From the IMG/VR virus record IMGVR_UViG_3300030118_005494: a stretch of 64,000 bases of DNA; one strand, given 5' to 3'. Numbering within the stretch: position 1 is the stretch's first letter; every line of letters begins with the position of its first letter. Both the position numbers and the translations under genes were made by a program. Shown here in pieces: positions 1 to 7,484 of this stretch. The stretch comes from an uncultured virus (IMG/VR IMGVR_UViG_3300030118_005494) (taxonomy: Duplodnaviria > Heunggongvirae > Uroviricota > Caudoviricetes). The notes under the pieces are model-generated. The model saw only the letters and a list, made by a program, of their open reading frames with translations, was not told where the DNA came from and ran no database searches.

Positions 1-76
1 GTAAAAAACATTCAGCTAAAGCAGCATATGAAAGATATCTTGAAACATATGACGATATTCAACAATAGGAACTACT

Positions 77-511
77 ATGCAAAATTTACCAGAGTACACA
101 TGCCATAAAAAAGTAATGGCATTTTTAATAGGAAAAATTGAAGGTAATCGGATTCACTCAGCTACTAACTTAGGCATGTTTGTGGATGTCGAAGCTGAGT
201 TTTTTGAACGTAACAAGAATACGAATGAACCCGGGTATCTAGTTATTTATGAAAACAACTACGTATCATGGTCGCCTAAAGAAGTATTTGAAGCTGGATA
301 TCATTCCACAGATACAGCATTGGATCGCTTAAAGTATGAATACGCAGATTTGCAGGAAAAAATTAAAAACCTTTCAAATTTCATAGATAACAACACCGCA
401 TTTGATCAATTGGCTGCAGATGTGCAAATACAAATGACAATTCAGCTTAGACACATGAAAAGATACGCAGAATGTTTGGAGTATCGCCTTGAGCTATGGG
501 GTGTAAAATGA
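77..511 (+). CDS. Two-domain small protein; candidate anti-defence (signal-sponge-like) protein
   Basis: N-terminal GYLVIYENNYVSWSPKEVFEAGY motif plus C-terminal helical domain (RLKYEYADLQEKIKNLSNFI...QLRHMKRYAECLEYRL) resembling the crAss001_48/T4 Y16Q-like family from recall; AGGA RBS upstream. Confidence 0.5.
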   Translation: MQNLPEYTCHKKVMAFLIGKIEGNRIHSATNLGMFVDVEAEFFERNKNTNEPGYLVIYENNYVSWSPKEVFEAGYHSTDTALDRLKYEYADLQEKIKNLSNFIDNNTAFDQLAADVQIQMTIQLRHMKRYAECLEYRLELWGVK

Positions 512-1263
512 AAGAAACATATTCACACGAATTTGGATTTTGGCAGAAGATGCTCCAAAAAATATTAGGTATGTGGCGCATAAACAAAGACAGCATTGAC
601 TTTAGCTGGGGATATTTTGCACCTAGATTTGGTTTAGAACTACTAGTTAATCGTGGTGGTTATTTTGACCCAAGATACTCTATTAGTTTTGGTTTCATTT
701 GGGGGATGTTCCATATCAAACTCCCATTTAAGACATCACTAGGAGAAGGGTGTGATCTACCTCGTTATGGGTTCTACATTTCACATAACCAAGTTGTTTT
801 TGTGTGGGGTGGTAAATTCGATAAAGAGTGGGGCCAAGTAACTAGCATCAGATCAAAACATTGGGATATTCCTTTCATATCTTATGTTTTCGAGTTCCAT
901 AAAGTATTAACCAAAGACGATGGTTTAGTATTAGTCAAAGAACTTGAAAAAGATAATCCTGATAGTTGGTATAAGAAAAGCCCTAGATATGAATCAAAAA
1001 CAGTTTCCCGGGTTATTACTGATTGCGATGGTTTGTTGTCTGTGAACATCACCTATGCTGTCAATGTACGTCAGTGGCATCGTAAATGGCTACCTTGGGT
1101 AAAAATGACACACCGAGAACTTGACCTTAGTTTTGATAAAGAATTAGGTTCTGGTAAAGGCTCATGGAAAGGTGGAACAATAGGTGGTAGTGCTCCTATG
1201 CTTGAAAATGAAACACCAGAAGAAGCCTTAGAACGATACTTAGAAGCAAAGGTATTTGAATGA
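496..1263 (+). CDS. Hypothetical protein (aromatic-rich; true start possibly 508)
   Basis: 255-aa ORF overlapping both neighbours; no motif recognised. Confidence 0.6.
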   Translation: MGCKMKETYSHEFGFWQKMLQKILGMWRINKDSIDFSWGYFAPRFGLELLVNRGGYFDPRYSISFGFIWGMFHIKLPFKTSLGEGCDLPRYGFYISHNQVVFVWGGKFDKEWGQVTSIRSKHWDIPFISYVFEFHKVLTKDDGLVLVKELEKDNPDSWYKKSPRYESKTVSRVITDCDGLLSVNITYAVNVRQWHRKWLPWVKMTHRELDLSFDKELGSGKGSWKGGTIGGSAPMLENETPEEALERYLEAKVFE

Positions 1264-1577
1264 TATTTTACTCTCTACCCGTAAATGGGCAGAAAGTAGA
1301 CCCAATGGTATTAGTAGACTCTCGTTTGTCTACTAGTGCTCGTTGGCTATATTCTGTTTTATGTTTTGTTCCCCCTAATGAGTTTGTGTATGTTGAGGAT
1401 TTAAGCTTAGAGCTGGATATCACATCACGAACATTGGTTAATCTTTTAAACGAACTTAGAGATAAAGGGTTTGTGAAAAAAGTGCGTAAAGGCAGATCAT
1501 ACTGTTTCTATATTGGTAATAGTGAAAAATCCGCAGAAGATGTCCAAGGAGCTTGGATAGGAGAAGACGTACTATGA
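1260..1577 (+). CDS. Helix-turn-helix DNA-binding protein
   Basis: LSTSARWLYSVL...EDLSLELDITSRTLVNLLNELRDKGFV is a winged-HTH pattern. Confidence 0.65.
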   Translation: MIFYSLPVNGQKVDPMVLVDSRLSTSARWLYSVLCFVPPNEFVYVEDLSLELDITSRTLVNLLNELRDKGFVKKVRKGRSYCFYIGNSEKSAEDVQGAWIGEDVL

Positions 1578-2305
1578 AAAAATCAAAACTGGTAAAGAAA
1601 AAGCCTGTAGTAGTTGACGATGAAGGGCATATTGAATTAACTGAGTTACGTGATGCTATTCCTGCGAATCTTCGCAGAAGCATCACTCAAGAAACAGTTG
1701 ATGAAATTAATAGTATTATGACGGACGATGAAATGAAATTCTCTTTCCGTGATAATGTTATTGGTTTTAGTAGTGTACTTAAAGATGGTAAGTTTAAGTT
1801 AGTATCGTACTTCAATGCTGTGCGGTATGTATCATATCGACTTAATGGAAATAGCACTGTAGAAGCATGGCGTAAAACATTTCCAGATCGTTACGACACA
1901 CTTATTGATAAAGGTACCAAAGATAAAACAATATCTGCATATGCAAGTAACTATAATGGTACTTTGTTGGTTCAAAAATTATTTGAACAAACCATTACCC
2001 CATCATCAGTATTGTTTAAAGATGTATTCTTTGAAGCTATTCAAACTGAAGTAGATCTAATGCGTACCAGTCAAAGTGATAAAGTACGTCAAGATGCAGC
2101 AGCAACACTTATTCAGCATTTGAAGCCACCAGAAAAGCAAGAACTGGCTGTTACTGTTGAAGACAAGACAGAAAAAGTTATCAGTTCATTGTCTCAAGCA
2201 ACACAAGAATTGGTTGAAGAACGAAAACGCCTATTGCAATCAGGTATGTCATTGAGCGATATTGGAGCTATGAAAAGCCCCATAAAGAGTTCTAACAATG
2301 ATTGA
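1553..2305 (+). CDS. Terminase small subunit (N4 gp69-like); likely start 1574
   Basis: Directly upstream of and overlapping the terminase large subunit; SDKVRQDAAATLIQHLKPPE motif typical of N4-like gp69. Confidence 0.7.
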   Translation: MDRRRRTMKKSKLVKKKPVVVDDEGHIELTELRDAIPANLRRSITQETVDEINSIMTDDEMKFSFRDNVIGFSSVLKDGKFKLVSYFNAVRYVSYRLNGNSTVEAWRKTFPDRYDTLIDKGTKDKTISAYASNYNGTLLVQKLFEQTITPSSVLFKDVFFEAIQTEVDLMRTSQSDKVRQDAAATLIQHLKPPEKQELAVTVEDKTEKVISSLSQATQELVEERKRLLQSGMSLSDIGAMKSPIKSSNND

Positions 2306-3920
2306 TGTCTATGCATTAGATACGGAAGAAAAAGCTCCTACGGTCGTGGAGCTTCTTTCTGAAGTATCATACGATAACCTAAACCTACACATACCAAGTG
2401 ACTTCTCGATAGCTTTCGTAGAATTCATCAAAATGGTCAATGGTGAAGAGGGTGAAGAAAACAGCACTCCACCTATTCACTATGTTATGTTAGATGAACT
2501 GGATGTAAAGCAGAAACATGTAAGTATAGCTAATATGATTCATCGGGGGGCTGCAAAAACAACAGTCTTCGGTGAATACTTATTTCTGTATTTAGCTGTT
2601 TATGGTGAACTTCCTAAATTTGGTCCAATTGACCTTGCTATCTACATTTCAGATTCCATGGAAAACGGTGTTAAAAACATGCGTAAAAACTTGGAATTCC
2701 GTTATGAAGAAAGTGAGTTTTTGCAAGCAATGATACCTGAAGCAAAGTTTACTGATAATCGTTGGGAATTTAAGAACGTTGATGGTAAGCGATTAATCGT
2801 AAAAGGTTACGGTGCTAAGACGGGTGTACGTGGTACCAAAGAATTAGGTAAACGACCACAATTAGCTGTTATTGATGATGTTATTTCAGATGAAGACGCA
2901 GACAGTGATACTGTAATTAAAAAGGTTGAAGATACAATATCTAAAGCAATTGAATATGCAGTACACCCGGATAAAAACATTATCATATGGTCTGGTACTC
3001 CATTTAATGCTCGTGATCCTTTATATAAAGCAGTTGAGTCTGGTGCATGGCAAGTAAACGTCTACCCTGTATGTGAAAAATTTCCGTGTACCCGGGAAGA
3101 GTTTAGAGGTTCATGGGAAGACCGGTTTGACTATGATTACGTCATGGGTAAATACCTTAAAGCTAAAAAACAAGGACAGCTTGAGTCATTCTACCAAGAA
3201 CTCATGTTGCGGATCATGTCTGATGATGAAAAGCTACTAGAGGATTCTGACTATGGTGAATATAAGCTTAGTCAACTAAAACACCAACTAGATAACTTAA
3301 ACATTTATATCACTACTGACTTTGGGGTGTCAGACACAAGTAGAGCAGATTTATCTGCGATTACGGTGTGGGCTGTAAACCACAATAGGCAGGTATTCTG
3401 GATAGATGGAATAGCACGCTCACAGGAAATGGATAAAAACATTGATAACCTGTTTGAACTATGTCAGAAGTACAATCCACTAAGTGTTGGTATTGAAATC
3501 TCAGGACAACAGAAAGGTTTTGTAAAGTGGGTTATGTCAGAAATGCTTAGACGTAATATCTACTTTAATCTTGCATCAAATAATAACGATGGTAAGCCCG
3601 GGATAATGCCAGTAAACAACAAAGCTAAGTATACTCGCTTTAAGGAAATTGTCCCTTGGTTTAAACAAAAACTATTTTATTTCCCTACAGATAAAGCTTC
3701 ACATCCTGCTTTAATTGAAATGCTAGAAGAACTTAACTTGGCAACCAAAGCCAAAGCAAAATCTAAGTATGATGATTGTTTGGATACCATTACACAACTT
3801 ATGTTTATGGATTTAGTGTATCCTAGTCCTGCTGCTGTATTTTCTGAAGGTAGGAGTATATATTCAAGCTATGGATACGAAGCAGAAACAGAAACTGGTT
3901 ATGATAGTTATACAGGATAA
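2298..3920 (+). CDS. terL: Terminase large subunit (N4 gp68-like)
   Basis: HRGAAKTT Walker A variant, LAVIDD Walker B, GTPF coupling motif, nuclease aspartates TTDFG and DDCLD. Confidence 0.95.
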   Translation: MIDVYALDTEEKAPTVVELLSEVSYDNLNLHIPSDFSIAFVEFIKMVNGEEGEENSTPPIHYVMLDELDVKQKHVSIANMIHRGAAKTTVFGEYLFLYLAVYGELPKFGPIDLAIYISDSMENGVKNMRKNLEFRYEESEFLQAMIPEAKFTDNRWEFKNVDGKRLIVKGYGAKTGVRGTKELGKRPQLAVIDDVISDEDADSDTVIKKVEDTISKAIEYAVHPDKNIIIWSGTPFNARDPLYKAVESGAWQVNVYPVCEKFPCTREEFRGSWEDRFDYDYVMGKYLKAKKQGQLESFYQELMLRIMSDDEKLLEDSDYGEYKLSQLKHQLDNLNIYITTDFGVSDTSRADLSAITVWAVNHNRQVFWIDGIARSQEMDKNIDNLFELCQKYNPLSVGIEISGQQKGFVKWVMSEMLRRNIYFNLASNNNDGKPGIMPVNNKAKYTRFKEIVPWFKQKLFYFPTDKASHPALIEMLEELNLATKAKAKSKYDDCLDTITQLMFMDLVYPSPAAVFSEGRSIYSSYGYEAETETGYDSYTG

Positions 3921-3923
3921 GCT

Positions 3924-4652
3924 ATGAAAATTATTGATTTGATGCCATACATAAAACACTCACCACTCCAAGGTTTAAATATGGGTGGTAATGCAACTCC
4001 CGGGGTTTCTGAGTACCACTATGATGAGATTCTTACGTATCTAAATGCAGCACTAATTGAGATTCACACTACAGTAGTTAACCCAATACAGGCAGTAAAA
4101 CTTACACTGGATTCAGCTAAAAGTTTATACATGATTGATTGGGCTTTTGTTGATTCAAATACTACCTCAAGTGAGCCTGTAAAATACCTTTCAGAGGTTT
4201 CTGGATTGCCATTTAAAGACCCTGTGCGTCAGATTGTGGATGTTAAAAGCCAAGACCCTAATAAACCTATCCTGCACTTAAATAACCCAGATCAGCCAGA
4301 CTCACTTTGGATACGTAATAACACTATGTTGTATGTGCCTAAACCGGGTAATTGGGAACAGTTATATGTAACCTATAAGTTTGGACCTAAGCTAATCGAA
4401 GCTAACTATGGTAGTACAGGAAGCACTGCACTACAGCAAGAGGTAGATATCAAGCCTGAGCAAATTAATGCAGTCATTTCTTATTTGGTTTATCGGTGCT
4501 TAAATGCACGATCACATTTAGACCCAAATAACACTAGATTTGCACACAGAACATCATTCTATAACGCAATAAAAGCAGAAGAAGCGACTGTAGCTAATAT
4601 TAATGCAGAAGCAGAATCTGTAAGTATTTTTGAACAAAACGGGTATTTATAA
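3924..4652 (+). CDS. Head-tail adaptor (N4 gp67-like)
   Basis: Position after terL and size (242 aa); ILTYLNAALIEIH N-terminal helix and FEQNGYL C-terminus. Confidence 0.7.
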   Translation: MKIIDLMPYIKHSPLQGLNMGGNATPGVSEYHYDEILTYLNAALIEIHTTVVNPIQAVKLTLDSAKSLYMIDWAFVDSNTTSSEPVKYLSEVSGLPFKDPVRQIVDVKSQDPNKPILHLNNPDQPDSLWIRNNTMLYVPKPGNWEQLYVTYKFGPKLIEANYGSTGSTALQQEVDIKPEQINAVISYLVYRCLNARSHLDPNNTRFAHRTSFYNAIKAEEATVANINAEAESVSIFEQNGYL

Positions 4653-4834
4653 TGGATAGTCAAAAATTAGAAGCAGAGATAATTGTATTAAAAGCTAAAT
4701 TATATGATCTTACTCAGCGTAAGGAGTTACTTGAAAATACAATACATCAGTTACTGCAAGTAAGTGGCAAAGAAACTACAGTAGAACTATTTGAGCACTT
4801 AAAACCTAAAGAAGTTGAAAAACCAGAAAAATAG
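4652..4834 (+). CDS. Small coiled-coil hypothetical protein
   Basis: 60-aa ORF coupled to the upstream gene by TAATG overlap. Confidence 0.65.
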   Translation: MDSQKLEAEIIVLKAKLYDLTQRKELLENTIHQLLQVSGKETTVELFEHLKPKEVEKPEK

Positions 4835-4843
4835 TAAGTACAA

Positions 4844-4911
4844 TGGGTACCTGTGATTAGCCGAATCACCATAAACGGGCTTCCATAACTACAAAAATTC
4901 ACAGGTACTCA
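4844..4911 (+). promoter_or_regulatory. Leader RNA hairpin sequestering the RBS of the first lysis-cassette gene
   Basis: tgggtacctgtga (4844-4856) pairs with tcacaggtactca (4899-4911): 13 bp with one G-U on the + strand, ending 1 nt before ATG 4913. Confidence 0.65.
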
Positions 4912-4912
4912 T

Positions 4913-5314
4913 ATGGACGCCATTCTAGAAGAGTTAGTTAAAATATTTGGAAAACCAATACTGGTTGTAGCAGGATTATTACCTGTTGTTTTTGTTATTG
5001 TGCGTTACTACCTGCAACATAAGAGTATGCGTGAAAGTATTAAAGAGCACTCTAAAGCCATAGCAGACCTTACAACATCACAAAATCTTGCTAAGATAGA
5101 AGCACAAGAGCTTGCTGCCAAAGAGCGAGAATACCTGATTACACAACTTCAGCATGTTCAAGATAAAGTAACGAAAGAGTTGGCAGAAGTGAAAAAAGAT
5201 TTTGGTATAGCTATTGCAGCAATTAAGACATCAACAAACATAACCCAAAAACGTATTGACGATCTATTTACGTCTTTGGTTACAACTGGTTCGAAGGTAG
5301 GCCAAAATGATTAA
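4913..5314 (+). CDS. Single-TM coiled-coil membrane protein (holin/antiholin candidate)
   Basis: Hydrophobic ILVVAGLLPVVFVIVRYYL followed by a long helical tail; first gene of the lysis cluster. Confidence 0.55.
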   Translation: MDAILEELVKIFGKPILVVAGLLPVVFVIVRYYLQHKSMRESIKEHSKAIADLTTSQNLAKIEAQELAAKEREYLITQLQHVQDKVTKELAEVKKDFGIAIAAIKTSTNITQKRIDDLFTSLVTTGSKVGQND

Positions 5315-5768
5315 AGTATTCTTAGTTGACGATGACAAGATATTACTTCCTATGCTTAAGTATGGGCTAGAGGAAGCGGGTAATAGTGTTGAAACATCTA
5401 GCAGCATTGATGCTTATCAGCGTATATGTGAAACCCTTCCAGATGTGATTGTGTTAGATGTTATGATGCCTGTGATTGATGGTATATCACTATGTCAGAT
5501 GTTACGCACAAATCCAAGTACTCAAAACATCCCTACAATTTTCTTAACCAGTGCTGTAACAGAAGAAAATAAAGCACAAGCAGCTTTTTTAGGTGTTATG
5601 CACATGCTACAAAAACCTGTAGAAATTTCACGACTAGCTACAGTCATTCAACAAGAAGATGCACTACACCAAATAAAAGCTACATGGACCAACACAGATA
5701 CAGTCTTATCTGAACTACTACAAAGGTACCCAAATGCAACCGATGAAGATGCAGAAATTTGCACGTAG
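5307..5768 (+). CDS. Stand-alone response-regulator receiver (CheY-like REC) protein
   Basis: VFLVDDD (D8/D9), PDVIVLDVMMPVIDG (phospho-Asp D51), IPTIFLTS (T81), QKP (K103-P104). Confidence 0.95.
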   Translation: MIKVFLVDDDKILLPMLKYGLEEAGNSVETSSSIDAYQRICETLPDVIVLDVMMPVIDGISLCQMLRTNPSTQNIPTIFLTSAVTEENKAQAAFLGVMHMLQKPVEISRLATVIQQEDALHQIKATWTNTDTVLSELLQRYPNATDEDAEICT

Positions 5769-6192
5769 AGCTAATGAAGTAGCTACAGCTATGGGAGCTA
5801 AAAATAAGAATTTCCCATTAGCAGCGTGTGTAGTAGTAGCTCATGAGTCTAAAGGTGGAACTTACTGGGAACAACAGGGAGGTGGTCCTGCACTGGGAAT
5901 TATTCAAATGGAGGATTGGGTTCATGATGATGTGTGGCAAAACTGCGACAATATCCACAAGTACGCTAAACGTCTTAACATAACCCAAAACCTACAATCG
6001 CTTAAGTCTGATCTGGACTACAATATATTTATGATGCGCTGCAGGTTTATTATGGATGTAAACCCATTTCCTTCTTCTCTATATGAAATGGCAGTGTATA
6101 TAAAAAGGTACTGGAATAGTGATATGGGGGCAGCATCCCCAGAAAAATACATTTCTGACTTTGGATGGTGGGCATTACATGATGTGGCTTAA
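5734..6192 (+). CDS. Endolysin, lysozyme/transglycosylase-like fold
   Basis: AHES catalytic-Glu motif, GPALGIIQME, YIKRYWNS; lies just upstream of the spanin pair. Confidence 0.7.
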   Translation: MQPMKMQKFARRANEVATAMGAKNKNFPLAACVVVAHESKGGTYWEQQGGGPALGIIQMEDWVHDDVWQNCDNIHKYAKRLNITQNLQSLKSDLDYNIFMMRCRFIMDVNPFPSSLYEMAVYIKRYWNSDMGAASPEKYISDFGWWALHDVA

Positions 6193-6589
6193 TATACTTG
6201 GATTCATCAAAAACCCTAAAATACTTACCACTATAGCTATTATTTTAGTTGGATATTTTAGTATCACCTATGTGCTAAATTTAAAATATACTGAAGGTTA
6301 TACTGCAGCAGCTGAAAAGTATGAAAAAGCATATAATGCAGAACTAGTAAAAGCATTAAAAGAAAGTGAACAAAAACACTTGATTGCACTGGAGCAGCAG
6401 CGTAAGTTACATGAAATAGCTATTAAAAACGCTGTAGAATCACAAGCAGTATCTACACGAGTACAGAAGGAAATTGAATATGTATATAAAACTGAAAAAG
6501 TGTATATACCTGCTGAGTGTACTGATGTTGTCACTGGCTTTAATGAATTGCTCAACACAGGATATCAGATCATCGGTAGTAGCCCCTGA
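6179..6589 (+). CDS. Inner-membrane spanin (Rz-like)
   Basis: N-terminal TM (ILTTIAIILVGYFSITYVL), coiled-coil periplasmic region and C-terminal Cys (IPAEC...GFNELLN); start taken at ATG 6179 rather than 6119. Confidence 0.7.
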   Translation: MMWLNILGFIKNPKILTTIAIILVGYFSITYVLNLKYTEGYTAAAEKYEKAYNAELVKALKESEQKHLIALEQQRKLHEIAIKNAVESQAVSTRVQKEIEYVYKTEKVYIPAECTDVVTGFNELLNTGYQIIGSSP

Positions 6590-6812
6590 AGTAACTACAC
6601 CTAAAATTGAAATCCCACTAGAACTGCTAAATGAGTGTATTGTTCCTTCTGAATACGTGTATGACCCGTCCTTGTCTTTACAAGATAACAAAAAGAATTT
6701 TGAAATTAACTTCCTAAAAAACACTGAATATATTGCAAAATGCTATATCCTTCAAAGAGACTCAGCAGCAGTTTTAAGAGAGATATCGCAAAATGAGCAA
6801 TACTACTTCTAA
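6480..6812 (+). CDS. Outer-membrane lipoprotein spanin (Rz1-like), overlapping
   Basis: AAGGA RBS before ATG 6480; signal peptide ending LSLALMN-C (imperfect lipobox); Pro-rich IPLELLNECIVP; overlaps the 3' end of the i-spanin in another frame. Confidence 0.7.
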   Translation: MYIKLKKCIYLLSVLMLSLALMNCSTQDIRSSVVAPEVTTPKIEIPLELLNECIVPSEYVYDPSLSLQDNKKNFEINFLKNTEYIAKCYILQRDSAAVLREISQNEQYYF

Positions 6813-7122
6813 AATTAAAAGTACAGCCAACAATATGTTTGGCTTTATTTTTGAACAAACTATAGTACAAACTTTAATTGATTTTAGAATAGCACTTTGG
6901 GCTGCTATTTTATTCACATCAAATTTTGTTTATGATGTTTGGTATTGGTACACTGGTTTTATGGAAAAAGTACTTGAAGCACATGTAGCTACAAATACTT
7001 TGTTTCCAAACGGGTGGGATGTACCAATAGTAGGATTTTTAGGCGTTGCACTAGCTACAGCTATCAAAGCTTACCAATCTATGAGAGAAACAATTAACCA
7101 TAGAAATGGGGAAAGTAAATAA
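6793..7122 (+). CDS. Two-TM membrane protein, holin candidate
   Basis: Hydrophobic segments IALWAAILFTSNFVY and VPIVGFLGVALATAI with a charged C-terminus; last gene of the lysis cluster. Confidence 0.55.
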   Translation: MSNTTSKIKSTANNMFGFIFEQTIVQTLIDFRIALWAAILFTSNFVYDVWYWYTGFMEKVLEAHVATNTLFPNGWDVPIVGFLGVALATAIKAYQSMRETINHRNGESK

Positions 7123-7484
7123 TGGCTGCTGGTGTTTATAATTTTGAATTAGAGCAAGGCGCTGATCATATATTTCGAATTACCTATACCGATGGTGTGG
7201 GTACTCCGATTGATATTACTGGTTACACTGCAGTAGGCACTATTAAACTAAAACTTAGTGATTCAAGTGTTTGGGCAACTATGAACGTAGTTGTTGAAAA
7301 CGGTCCTGCAGGTATTTTCTTTATCTCCATTCCTGCTTCAGAAACTACAGGAAAAATGCTTAAATCAAGCAAACACGACGATTATGTTGAAGCAGTGTAT
7401 GACATTAAAATCACTGATACTTCTGGGAATCAGCACAGACTTTTAAACGGTATCGTTAATATCTCACCAGAAGTGAGTGTGTAA
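7122..7484 (+). CDS. Virion structural protein (beta-rich, tail-fibre associated)
   Basis: AGVYNFELEQGAD...PIDITGYTA...VYDIKITD...RLLNGIVNISPEV pattern common in tail-associated proteins; coupled to the tail-fibre gene. Confidence 0.6.
   Translation: MAAGVYNFELEQGADHIFRITYTDGVGTPIDITGYTAVGTIKLKLSDSSVWATMNVVVENGPAGIFFISIPASETTGKMLKSSKHDDYVEAVYDIKITDTSGNQHRLLNGIVNISPEVSV

Noticed and set aside
4857..4898. Loop of the lysis leader as antisense to - strand start codons (ttccataac also occurs at the start of 55537-55722)
   Set aside because: Match is 9 nt or less and AT-rich; not distinguishable from chance by eye
4913..5314. Histidine kinase partner for the receiver protein
   Set aside because: No H-box or HATPase motifs; the only GHKL-like domain in the window belongs to rIIA
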